A DNA stretch of 63,657 bases, counting the filler, from Basidiobolus ranarum (Eukaryota): NCBI GenBank assembly GCA_040143965.1. It is 34 parts of 34 records of this genome, joined end to end, with 100 filler letters (N's around TTAATTAATTAA, not from the genome) between each part and the next. Parts side by side here need not be neighbours in the genome. Positions count along the whole stretch, not along the records: positions 13,172 to 14,951 come from JASJQH010011226.1; positions 15,052 to 16,830 come from JASJQH010011227.1; positions 16,931 to 18,709 come from JASJQH010011228.1; positions 18,810 to 20,588 come from JASJQH010011229.1; positions 20,689 to 22,465 come from JASJQH010011230.1; positions 22,566 to 24,342 come from JASJQH010011231.1; positions 24,443 to 26,218 come from JASJQH010011232.1; 27 more parts are not named here. One strand, given 5' to 3'. The notes under the pieces are model-generated. The model was given only the letters and a program-made list of their open reading frames with translations, was not told the origin of the DNA and ran no database searches. The translations under genes were made by a program, and so were the position numbers. Positions 13,172 through 24,821 of this stretch are shown piece by piece. Positions within the stretch are counted from its first letter, which is position 1, and every line of letters starts with the position of its first letter.

Positions 13172-13769
13172 TCCACTTGTACCAGGTTTGTGGCAAGCAA
13201 CAGTTGCCAATCAACTGTGGTAAAAGTGTAAGAAAACCAATAAACACCTGGTTGCTAAGATTGGATTGAACTCTCCACTCCTCAATAATCAAAGCTGCTT
13301 CCTTTACTGTAAGTGTTATGAGTGGACTAATATTTGCCAATAACAAAGAGTCCGTAACAAAACCATTGTCTTCTTCTTCAACTTCTGATATACTACCATT
13401 GGTACTGGAATAACCAAGGTCAACATCTAGCAGCAAGTCCTCAAAGTTGTCTGGACTTACTGGTTTGACCAAAGTTGCATTTTGACCTACATCATTCTGG
13501 TCATATAACTGTGGTAACTCCACGGTATCTTGACTTTTGGCAGTGTTACCAAAACTTTGAGGCAAACTACAGTCAGTGGACTCAATAGGCAAAACTAAAG
13601 TCAATTTAGTGCACTTATTACTGTTGTTATACACCAGGCTTTGTGCAGCTGGTGGCTTTGTACAGTGGCCGTGCTTGTGATTATTTTTTCTATCAACCCT
13701 CCGGCTTTCATAGCACAACAATTTTCAACAATAATAGCAGGGCTTCTTTAAACGTTTGTGTTGCGGCAT
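13172..13769 (-). mobile_element. CACTA-like transposase 5' end, least-decayed copy; N-terminal Cys/His cluster
   Basis: ATG at 13769 gives MPQHKRLKKPCYYC*KLLCYESRRVDRKNNHKHGHC, with one stop at a probable former CpG. Continues into the frame that joins the catalytic region in contigs 50670 and 60021. Confidence 0.8.
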
Positions 13770-13981
13770 GAGAAGGATATTGTAGAAAAAAGAACACCTC
13801 CCATGTAAGGGTGGTATTTTAGGTATAGCCCATCAATATCATCAGCTGATTCTGAGACGGTGTCACAGATGAGACATCAGGGGATTTACAAAATATTTCC
13901 GGTAATCGATGGCAATTTTGGGTTATCAAAAGCCGTTTCTAAGCAATTTCATTACACCAAGTTTACCATCTGAAAATTTCA

Positions 13982-14951
13982 ATGCCATTCAAAAAGCATT
14001 CAAAATCTAAGTCAAAATTGGCTTCCAAGCCAAAGCCTGCTGGCCCAAAAGGAAAAAAACCAGCAAGAACAGCGGACTTAATTGATGAACAGTCTAGCAA
14101 TCCACTATCCACTTTGGAAGGCATTAACATGCCGGAAACTAACTCAAGTAATGATGAAGCATTAATCAATTTACCAGATGTGTTCCTTTCCAGCAATAGT
14201 GCAAGTGAAGAGATTGTAATCCCCCAATTACGTAGTAAATCAATAGTTGAGCAAAGTTCAACCGAAACACCGTCAAGACCATCAACTTCCAAAATGGCTA
14301 CTTTGCCCACAATTGAACAACCCTCTGTAGAAAATTTGGATAGAATTGTTACAACAAGGGAATTGCAGGCAGAACACCGTAATGATTTGTATGCAATCAT
14401 AAGTAAAAACTATGAAGTTGCTATACAGGCCATGACAAGCAATAACGCCGCAATATCGCAATTAATGCAGCGTTCGGAAGCAACTAGTCAACAGTTAGAG
14501 AGTCACTCAACAATGATACAAGACCTTCAGAATGCTGTACTTGAGCTACAGCAACATGCTGCTCCCTCCGTCCATTCTCATACGGGATTTCAATCAATCC
14601 CACACCATACATATGAACGTCACCGTGACAACCTAGCAGAGCAGAATATGTGTCGGACCATTAAGCCTACACAAAGACCCGAAATTGCTTGGGCACATGA
14701 AAGTAGAAATCTCATAGGAAAACCGGCAAACCAAAAGACTCTGAATGTCAGAGCTGCCGTCACTTGCTCTGATGATGAGTGGTTTAACATTTTGGAAACT
14801 GTGCGGAATCTTGCCCAAAATCACCTGGATTTGAGTCAATTGTGGAAAAACCAAAAACCAGGCGTTACTCTGAAGGTTCTTGACTTATTTCATGTGGCTT
14901 ATCCTGGGTTTTTGCAAGCAAATGGCAATTGGGCTAGTATAGGCCTATTCA
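13982..14951 (+). CDS. ORF-B, uncharacterised accessory protein of the CACTA-like element, 3' truncated by contig end
   Basis: 323 uninterrupted codons: Lys-rich N-terminus, Ser/Thr-rich region, coiled-coil-like stretch, helical Trp-containing domain. Decayed copies at 52541, 53371, 54411 and 61127. Confidence 0.8.
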
Positions 14952-15051
14952 NNNNNNNNNNNNNNNNNNNNNNNNNNNNNNNNNNNNNNNNNNNNTTAAT
15001 TAATTAANNNNNNNNNNNNNNNNNNNNNNNNNNNNNNNNNNNNNNNNNNNN

Positions 15052-15200
15052 CATTGATATTCAACATCACTTTGTTAGGGAAGCTATTGAGAATAAGCAT
15101 GTCCAACTGGAGTACTGTCCAACAGAGGACATGATTGCTGACATCCTTACCAAACCATTACCCAAGCCAAAATTTGAAGAATTAAGATTTAAGTTAGGAT
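15052..15200 (+). mobile_element. Copia RNase H C-terminus
   Basis: IDIQHHFVRE...DMIADILTKPL. Confidence 0.9.
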
Positions 15201-15944
15201 AGCCACAAGAAAGTGATGTTTTGGATACAAAAAAAAGCATAACTTGCATATCAGGCAAAGCTGGTAGATAAATGTTTTAGGTGCAATTATCAAGCTTTAA
15301 TAAGTATGTGCAAATAAAGTATTTTGACAAAACTACTGCACCTTTTATTCTTTTCAGTTTGCAGTCTCTTTCAGATTGTTGGGTTCAATGGGAACTTCTT
15401 TAAAACTGGTAAGATGCATATTGAATTCACTATCCACACATTGGATATTTAAATACACAAAATGTCTTATCTCAGACCTACCTGCTTTAAAGCTGGCAAC
15501 AAAAACTTCCCTACATAACCAATAACAACAACTTTAAGCTCACATATTATTTTGTTGTCTCAGAAAATACCTTTACAGTGTCTTTTGTAATAAGCATAGT
15601 GTCAATATTGTTAAATACTTTGCAAAAATAGCAGTTTTTACAGCTACTGGAAGAACCATTTATATATTATCTACAGACTATACAAAGCTTTTGCAGCTAC
15701 TGGCATAACAGGAATCAATGAACTTCTCTCAGAAAATATAACCCATATCACAATGAACTGATTAATTGGTTCCTGTGAAAAGTCAAACAATCATCTGAAT
15801 TCATCTGAGTTAAGAGCAATATTCAGCTATCATAGTGCCCTTTGCTAGACATTTACTCTCATATGGTTACTGCACTATCTTGCAGGCAATAAGGGAATGA
15901 TAATATGGATCTATTTTTTAAAGTGATAAAATATATCTTGATTT

Positions 15945-16292
15945 TGTAGAAATTAGCATTGCCTAAACATCTATATAGTCAAATATAGTTTAGTACTTAG
16001 TTATCTTATAATTCACTAAGATATTATCAATTATTCTCAGTTGGAATTTACTTAGAATATTTTTACCAACTTAGAAGTTCTCAGATACATAGATTCTTCA
16101 AACTTGTGCTAGAAGCCCCAAACTTTGCACACACGTTCCTGGAATCTTTCTTAACATATTCTACAAGTTAGTTTGTTTACATCATGACAAAACTATAAAT
16201 GTCAACTTTCTACTCAATAAATCATTAAGTGAAAACCACCAATTACCCTAATTCTCCAAACCACTTCCAACAGGCTCCCAAATACTTTAACA
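15945..16292 (+). repeat. Solo LTR-A with 5-bp TSD GATTT
   Basis: TG...CA termini; GATTT at 15940..15944 and 16293..16297. Confidence 0.92.
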
Positions 16293-16726
16293 GATTTTAG
16301 TAGCTGCTTTTACATAATCTCAATATTAAAATACTATATACCAATTGTGCATGGTTATTTTCCTAATTTTGATAATGTTGCTCAACTAATTATTTGCATT
16401 TCTGCTCAGCCCTTCATGTATTTGAACCATTCCAAATGTCTGATTGTCCATCAACTTAAGAATTAGTTAGAACCTAAGGTGTCAATTTCTTTGCTTAGAC
16501 AAAAGACAAAGTCAATTAGCCTAATCTACATTCATTCTTTAGCAATTATGATATGTAATATTGATTTACTTATTTTGTCCATGACATGACTTTTAGCTGA
16601 TGAAAAACAACCTGATTTAGTTTCAAGCACTATAAAACAATGCTTAGCATTCATCCTAAGTAGGCAAATAGCTCTACTATTTGCTGCTTGCTAATATATC
16701 AGCAGAGAGAGTCATATACTCATATT

Positions 16727-16830
16727 TATTGGGAAAATATGGGCTGTTTGGAGGAACTTTAGAAAAGTGGAGTTGTGAATAGCTTTGTGAGATAATTATT
16801 TATTGACCAGAAATTAAGCATTTATACATT
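16727..16830 (-). repeat. LTR-B 3' end
   Basis: TATTGGGAAAATATGGGCTG, matching the other LTR-B copies. Confidence 0.9.
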
Positions 16831-16930
16831 NNNNNNNNNNNNNNNNNNNNNNNNNNNNNNNNNNNNNNNNNNNNTTAATTAATTAANNNNNNNNNNNNNN
16901 NNNNNNNNNNNNNNNNNNNNNNNNNNNNNN

Positions 16931-18709
16931 CATGGGTCTCTCAGATTGAAGCCAATTATGTGCAACTATTTTGCTAGATCTTAAATTTCACTCGTTAAAC
17001 TAAAAAAATTGATTGAAATCAAATCTAACTTGGTGATTTTATGATTGTAAGTAAATGGTCAATTCAAGTTGGATTAAAATTGTGACAGATTTCCTACAAT
17101 AAAAATCCTCCAATCTCCATTAGGGTCCACTCCTCAATAATCAAAGCTGCTTCCTTTTCTGTAACTGTTATGAGTGGACCAATGCTTGCTGATAACAAAG
17201 AGTCCATAAAAAAACCACTCCCTAATGGAAATTTGAGGATTGTTCTTGTAGGAAAACCATAACAAGTTTAATCCATTTGGCATTGACCAATTACTTACCA
17301 TCATAAAATTGTCAAGTCAAATTTGATTTTAATCATTTTTTTCAGTTACAGGAATGAAATTTCAAATCTTGCAAAGTAGTTGGAAATGTTTGGTTACAAT
17401 CTGAGAGAACTATGGATCAAGACATATGTGAACAACATAACTCAAATTTCACACAACTACCACTTGAATGCTAATTTGTCACCTTCAAAATTCCTAGTTC
17501 CTTTGAGATATTCTCCTGAATATATTTATAGAGTTCTTGATACAGAAAGTTTAACTTACACCCAACACAAGTTTGTATCAATATCTCTAGCAAAGCCCAC
17601 TATTGTATTAACATTGCTGCATCAACATTCTGCCAGCTATCTGACAGTTACCCTGCAATATTGTGTCACACTATATCCAGTTCTTCCCAGACATCTGCAT
17701 TGTCAACATAAGACCAAATGTCAAGTTTAATGTTCTTCTTCTGAACCCACTTTCTGCATACTTGCGCCGCATTTTCCCCTTCATACTTTTGAAAATACTC
17801 CTCAAGCACTTTGGCCATTTTTATGCACCCTTGTAGTGTGACACTACTGAGGGTGCTTTGTGGTGTTTGGGCGGTTGTTTGCTTGCCTTTAAGCTTGGGG
17901 CTAATTTCAACACTTTGAAACGGACCGGTTTAGGTTGGAGCGCCATGAGTTGCATTTGCTGGTGTGTTGGCTGGTTGAGTGGTGCTCAGTGATGGATAAA
18001 CCTCCAAATTTAGCACTCTTTCATCTGGTAAACCTGGTTCCATGGTGAAGTTAAGCTTTTTTGCCAGTATATCTGACTCTGTAAGTGCAGATCTTTGTAA
18101 TTATGCAAAGTACTTGGTAAGTGGGACAGTAGAGCCTAAACTCCCTGGCTTGTTTGCTTTTCCCTTGGGTGTACTAACTTGCTGCTCCTTGAATTCTTCT
18201 TTAGTGCTTTTGTTTCCTTACCAAGTTGGCAATTGTGTACATTTTTGAGATGTTTCATGAATATGCTGGTACTAACCCAAATGCCATTAGCTTGCTAAAA
18301 CCCCGGAGCATCCACATGAAATAAGTTAGGAACCTTCCAAGTAATACCTGCTTTTTGATTTTTCCAGCAGTGGCTGAAATCCAGGTGATTTTGGGCAAGA
18401 TTGCACACAGTTTGTAAGATGTTATACCACTTTGTTTTAGCACTTTGACTATTTTTGTACATCCTTGTGGTGTGACACTACTGAGGGTGCTTTGCAGTGT
18501 TTGTGCAGCTATTTGCTTGCCTGTAAGTTTGGGGCTAATTTCAACACTTTTAAAAGTACCAGTTGAGGTTGGAGAGCCATGAGTTTTATTTGCTGGTGTT
18601 TGAGGTGCCAGGTATTGGATAAACATCTGAATTTAACACTCTTCCAACTGGTGTACACAATTCAATGGTGAAATTAAGCTTTTTTGCAAGTATATCTGAC
18701 TCTGGAATT
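16931..18709. mobile_element. Nested CACTA-like pieces: terminus ending 17125, 94-bp transposase piece, terminus starting 17220, then rearranged ORF-B 3' half (minus)
   Basis: ...CCATTAGGG at 17125 and CCCTAATGGAAAT at 17220; ORF-B homology with an internal segment repeated. Confidence 0.8.
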
Positions 18710-18809
18710 NNNNNNNNNNNNNNNNNNNNNNNNNNNNNNNNNNNNNNNNNNNNTTAATTAATTAANNNNNNNNNNNNNNNNNNNNNNNNNNNNNNNNNNN
18801 NNNNNNNNN

Positions 18810-19445
18810 AAGCACCCTCAGTAGTGTCCCACTACAAGGACATACAAAAATAGTCAAAGTGCTTGAGGAGTATTTTCAAAAGCATGAAGGGAAAAACACA
18901 GTGCAAGTATGCAGAAAGTGGCTTCAGAAGAAGAACATTCAACTTGACATTCAGTCTGGTGTTGACCATGCAGATATTTGGGAAGAACTTAATACAGAGT
19001 GGCACAATATTGCAGGTTATCTGCCAGATAGCTGGAAGAATGTTGATGCAGCAATGTTAATACAATGGTGGGCTTTGATGGAGATAATGATACAAACTTG
19101 TGTTGGGTATGAGCTAAACCTTGTGTATGAAGAACTCTGTAAAAATATTCAGGAAAGTATATCACAGAGACTAGGGATTTTGAAGGTGACAAATTAGCAT
19201 ACAAGTGGTAATTGTGAAAATTTGAGCTACATTTTTTGCACGTGTCGATCCATAGTTCTCTGAGATTGTTGCCAACCATGTGTTTCTAATTTGTATGATC
19301 TTAATATTTCACGCCTGAAACTGAAAAATTTGATTAAAACCAAATCTGACTTGATGATTTTACAATGGTAAGTAAAAGTCAATCCCAAATGGATTAAAAT
19401 TGTGATGGTTCTCCTACAATAATAATCATCAAATTTCTGTTAAGG
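18810..19445 (+). mobile_element. ORF-B 3' end and element terminus
   Basis: VLEEYFQKHEGK...WWALME; ends AAATTTCTGTTAAGG. Confidence 0.8.
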
Positions 19446-20588
19446 TAAATATTCTTATGGCATCAACTCACATTGACAGATCTCAAGCAGATACAACAAC
19501 TGTGCAAAGATTTTGTAATCAGATATGAAAATCTTTATTGCAGGTTTAAAGAAGATAGACTGAATCTATGCCAGTATTCAATATTGGGAGAATATGGGCT
19601 GTTTGGAAGAACTTTAGAAAAGTGGAGTTGTGAATAGCTTTGTGAGATAATTATTTATTGTCCAGAAGTAAAGCTTTAATACATGTTGGTGGAAATACAG
19701 AAAACTAACATTGAGGTTGTGTTCAGAACATCTGTGGGAGTAAAATGAGCTATTTTTGGGGCAATTTGGACGAGTTTGAAATTTTCAAAAGGGAATTGCT
19801 AATTCTCACATTATTCACTTACATATATAATATATGTTCCTATTTTCATTTTAGTGATAATTGACTAAGTAATGTTGACTAACTTATATGTGATATATGA
19901 GAAAGTTACGTGTATAAAGATACAGATAACAAATATGATAAAGAAAATAAACTTCAACATTCAATACATTCCCTGCTGTATCTTTCATAATGCTTAGAGA
20001 TTATAGGCCCTTGCTATATATTCTGGGAGTTACCAATGGAGCACACCTGCAGTGAAATGATGCTCCATGTGAAATTGTCAGTATTACTGAATGCTAATCT
20101 AATTAATTATATATCAGCAAAATCAGTGATGGATGTAATGCAATGGGTTAAGGAGACTCCAAAGTATATTAACCTTCCAACAAAGGGCTCTTTTTGATGT
20201 GCTCAATGGTTTTTGCATTATATGAGCTCAATAATAGCAACAAAGCCCAATCCATGGACATAGAGTAAGTACCTCTATAATTTGGACTAATTTGTTTGTG
20301 TAATAATCTGATGGTATATCTAGGAAAGCTGCAAGACAGACTTCTTGGTGAGATAGATCAAGATACACAGTATTATTGTTTTAGCCATGGGGTAATCTAA
20401 TCCGGCAATGACACATCTACTTGTGGCAGGACATTAGTTTACTGCAAGTCAAGGATATTGTGGCTGAATTCTTTATAGAAATTTGCCAAAATCCAAGAGC
20501 TTATTCTCATTGTGAATGGTAACAAGAGTCAGCTATTTGCCAAGTGTTAGTGCTATTCAAAATTTGAGATGTTTAGCAATTTTTCCAC
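19446..20588 (+). mobile_element. CACTA-like transposase 3' part interrupted by solo LTR-B
   Basis: RFKEDRLNLCQYS, then the LTR, then IHSLL...IGPCY.FWE; colinear across the insertion. Confidence 0.85.
19582..19959 (-). repeat. Solo LTR-B (378 bp, TG...TA) with 5-bp TSD TTCAA
   Basis: TTCAA at 19577..19581 and 19960..19964; removing the LTR and one TSD restores the transposase consensus. Confidence 0.93.
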
Positions 20589-20688
20589 NNNNNNNNNNNN
20601 NNNNNNNNNNNNNNNNNNNNNNNNNNNNNNNNTTAATTAATTAANNNNNNNNNNNNNNNNNNNNNNNNNNNNNNNNNNNNNNNNNNNN

Positions 20689-22465
20689 CACCAAAATGTA
20701 TAAATGCTTAATTTCTGGTCAATAAATAATTATCTCACAAAGCTATTCACAACTCCACTTTTCTAAAGTTCCTCCAAACAGCCCATATTTTCCCAATAGA
20801 TAAGAAGTATGTTAGAAGTAGTATGCTTCAACATTCTCACTCAACAAATTAAGATGATGGATCAAATCTAGGTTTAGCTTTGGTTATCCAATGAGCTTTG
20901 CAAAAATTGTGTAACAGCTTCAGCAAGCATATCTTCTGTTGTAACACAATCTAACCAGTCTTGCTAATTCTTAAGAGCTTCCTAGTATAATTGTGCTGTT
21001 TAGAAATATACTTGCTTCCAGTAACAAATTTGACATTAAGTACTAGTAATATATCTTTTTAAATGTGTGCATCATATAGTGAATGAATTTTGCAAAATGA
21101 TGAAAGATTTGAAGAGTTATCAAAGCTTGGTCATTGTCTTGTCAATATGCAAAGCTGCCATAAACCCTTTCACAAATATAGAAGCACTATAACTACTGTT
21201 TCCATTCTTTGAAACTGCTACCATATCTTAGGAATTAATTGTAAGTGGTTTGGAGAACTAAAAAACATGTGGTTTTCACTAAATGATTTAATGAGTACAA
21301 GGTTGATATTCATAGATTTTTCCACCGGTAAGCAAAAAAAATGTAGAATGTGCAAAGGAAGGCCCCATGAACAAATATATAAAGTTTAGAGCCTCTAGTA
21401 CAAGGCTTAAAAAATCCACTTATATTAGAACTACAGCATTGGTTAAAAAATGCTGAGCAAATTCCTCTTAAGAATAGTGGGTAATATCTTTGTGAGATGA
21501 AGAATAACCAAGTACTAACATATATATGACCATGCAGGTGTTTAGGCAATGCTAATTACAACAAAAATAACCCAACTTCCACCAATAAAGTTATAGTCAC
21601 TAAGTTTCCTCCACCAGTTGTGTTGCATTTGTTATTCATAGTATTAAACCAACTCAGCTCTATTTCTGTGCATGAGTGAAAAGATGGTAATCTTATTTTA
21701 TTAGATTTCTCTGAATTTTGTGAAACTGTTCAACTTCTAAATCATATTCTGGTCCATGGTTTTTTGGGTTTTCACCACCTTTTTTATAGTCATTCCAAGA
21801 TGTAGACAGACAAAGATATAGAATATATTAGGCAAGGTCTCAGGAACATGTGTGCAAGGTTTGGGGCTTTTAGCTCAAGTTTGAAATATCTGTATGTCTC
21901 AGACTTGTGTAAGTTGATAGAAATATTCAAACTAAGTTCTTATTGAGAGTAATAGGTGAAATGCTTGGTAAATGTGAGCTAATTGATATTTCTATCAATT
22001 AGGGAAATAAACACACATTTATGAATGGCAGAATTGAGTGCTAAATAATCAGAATATGAATAAGCTAACTACTAAATAATTAGTTGCTATTTACCTAATT
22101 TCAACACTCACACACAACTGCTTATTTTGTATTTCTCTTAAACTTCACTTATATCTTGATAATTCATATTGTGCTTAAGCCAAAGGCTTGGTTAAGATAT
22201 CAGCAATCATTTCTTCAGTAGGGCAATAGACAAGTTCAATTATACCATGCTCTATTGCTTCTCTAACAAAATGCTATCTAATATGTATATGTTTTGTTCT
22301 AGCATGAAATGTAGGCTTTTTAGCTATAGAAATACAACTTTGATTATCTTCAAATTATTGGGAAAATATGGGCTGTTTGGAGGAACTTTAGAAAAGTGGA
22401 GTTGTGAATAGCTTTGTGAGATAATTATTTATTGACCAGAAATTAAGCATTTATACATTTTGGTG
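20689..22465. mobile_element. Mosaic: LTR-B end (20689..20797), unclassified decayed DNA, diverged LTR-A copies (~21225..21563, ~21800..21990), LTR-C and copia RNase H (minus, ~21990..22355), LTR-B end (22356..22465)
   Basis: Direct similarity to LTRs defined elsewhere; FEDNQSCISIAK...MIADILTKPL on the minus strand. Confidence 0.75.
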
Positions 22466-22565
22466 NNNNNNNNNNNNNNNNNNNNNNNNNNNNNNNNNNN
22501 NNNNNNNNNTTAATTAATTAANNNNNNNNNNNNNNNNNNNNNNNNNNNNNNNNNNNNNNNNNNNN

Positions 22566-24342
22566 TGGAGTTGTGAATAACTTTGTGAGATGATCATTTA
22601 TTGTCCAGAAATGAAGCATTTATATATTTTGGTGGAAATACAGAAATCTAACACTGGGGTTGTGTTCAGAACATCTGTGGGAGTCAAACGGGCTAGCTTT
22701 GGGGCAATTTGGCCAAGTTTGAAATTTCCAATATGGAATTGCTAATTTTCAGATTATTCACATATATATAACATATGTTCCAATTTGCAGTTGAATGATA
22801 TTTGACTAAGTAATCTTAACTAACTTATATGTGATATATGAGATAGTTAGGTGTATAGAGATAGAGATAACAAATATGATGAAGACAATAAACTTCAACA
22901 GAACCCAAGACTGCAAACCAAACTTGGATTTTAACCAACTTACCCAATGATAGAACATCAATTGGCTCTTAATAGGTATTTAAGGTTAAATACAACTCTG
23001 ATGGCAATATAGAAAGGTACAAGGCTAGACTAGTAGCCAAAGGCTACTCCCAAACACCAAGAATAGATAGTACAGAAACCTTTGCTCCTGTAGCAAAGTT
23101 AATTCAATTATATTTATTTTAGCTATGTCAGCTAAATATCAGTTTGTTATACATCAAATGGGTGTTAAAGCTGCTTTTTTGAATGGTGAGCTTGCTGAGG
23201 AGTTCTATATGGACCAACCAGATGGATTTGTGGATCCAGAAAACCCTAAAAAAGTTTGCACACTGTGGAAAACACTCTATTGCTTAAAACAATCTCTGAG
23301 AGCTTGGAATAGCAAGATAGATGCTTTTTTAGAAACCCTCAAATTCTAAAAGAGTAATGCTGACTATAGTATCTACTTCAGGCCAAATAAGACAAACCCA
23401 GTTTCATTAGCTTTATATGTAGATGACCATATTATAGCAACCAATGACTTGAAGACTTTGGAGAAAACCAAGTCCAGCTTATCCACCAAATTCAAATGAC
23501 TGATCTTAGTAAACTGATATATTATCTTGAGATCCAAATGAAGATATATAGAACCAGCAAAACAATAACTTTAAACCAGTTCAAATATATCCTAGAAATA
23601 CTAAAGAAGTTTAATAATACATAATCCAGTATCTATGCCAATGAAGACCAATCTTAACTGGACCAAAAATGGCTCTACTTGGACATTCTTGGATTTAAAG
23701 AAAGCCAGATATTTCCTTATCAATCTATGGCTGTTAGTTTGATGTATGTGATGGTTGAAACATGGCCAGATATTGCATATTCTGCAGGAGTGATGTGCCA
23801 ATATCTTCAAAATTATGGATATGATCAAATCATAGCAATTCAGTGGATTTTCAGATATTTGAAAGATATTTTGGATCTGTGCTTAAAATACACATATTCT
23901 GGATTAAACTTTCATCTGATGGGATATTCAGATGCAAACTGGGGAAGAGATATTAAATATAGGAGATCTACTACAGGATACTTATTTCTTGGCTATAATG
24001 GGGCTATTTCTTGGAATTCAAAGAAACAACCAACTGTAGTACTTTCAGCAACAGAAGCAGAGTGCATGGCAGCCTGTGAAGCAACAAAAGAAGCAATATA
24101 GTTGAGCAAACCCTTAAAAGATTTAGATCATTCTCAAAATTCACCAACTACCATATTTTGAGATTATCAAAGTATTGGGAAAATATGGGCTGTTTGGAGG
24201 AACTTTGGAAAAGTGGAGTTGTGAATAGCTATGTGAGATAATTGTTTATTGTCCAGAAATAAAGCATTTATACTTTTTGGTAGAAATACAGAAAACTAAC
24301 ACTGGGGTTGTGTTCAGAACATCTGTGGGAGTAAAATGAGCT
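22566..24342 (+). mobile_element. Copia family A RT-RNase H (22901..24172) flanked by minus-strand LTR-B pieces (22566..22900, 24173..24342)
   Basis: [36 protein letters not shown]. Confidence 0.93.
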
Positions 24343-24442
24343 NNNNNNNNNNNNNNNNNNNNNNNNNNNNNNNNNNNNNNNNNNNNTTAATTAATTAANN
24401 NNNNNNNNNNNNNNNNNNNNNNNNNNNNNNNNNNNNNNNNNN

Positions 24443-24821
24443 GTCCCAGGAACATGTGTGCAAAGTTTGGGGCTTCTAGCACAAGTTTGAAAAATCTATA
24501 TATCTGAGAACTTCTAAGTTGGTAAAAATATTCTAAGTAAATTCCAATTGAGATTAATTGATAATATCTTAGTGAGTTATAAGATAACTAAGTACTAGGT
24601 TATATATGACTATATAGGTGTTTAGGCAATACTAATTTCAACAGGAGTTTGTGTAATAAGATATAAAAGATAAGTGGGGGTAATAAGACATACTTGTTAT
24701 ATGGATATAGAGATATTCCTATTTAGAATATAGGGGATATTAATATGTTGCTTTCTGTTTCTAATATATGTATCATAACTAAAGTTAACTAAGATGTAGA
24801 ATAAAGATTAATTATCCAACA
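24443..24821 (-). repeat. LTR-A 5' part (24443..24643) adjacent to LTR-D (to 24821)
   Basis: LTR-D begins TGTTGGATAAT on the minus strand after a purine-rich tract; same sequence at 37216. Confidence 0.75.

Noticed and set aside
8599..14854. Antisense ORFs such as 8599..8916, 10542..10859, 13963..14400 and 14633..14854
   Set aside because: Shadow frames opposite transposase or ORF-B sequence, with no independent motifs.
15200..16726. AT-rich, CpG-poor DNA around the solo LTR-A
   Set aside because: Probably an ancient repeat, but no frame or motif could be read.
20800..21225. Possible second DNA-transposase remnant on the minus strand (HWITKAKPRF-like)
   Set aside because: Too many stops and frameshifts to assign without a profile search.
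20689..22465. Contig bounded by inverted ~110-bp repeats resembling TIRs
   Set aside because: Both are LTR-B ends in opposite orientation, cut at the same assembly breakpoint.
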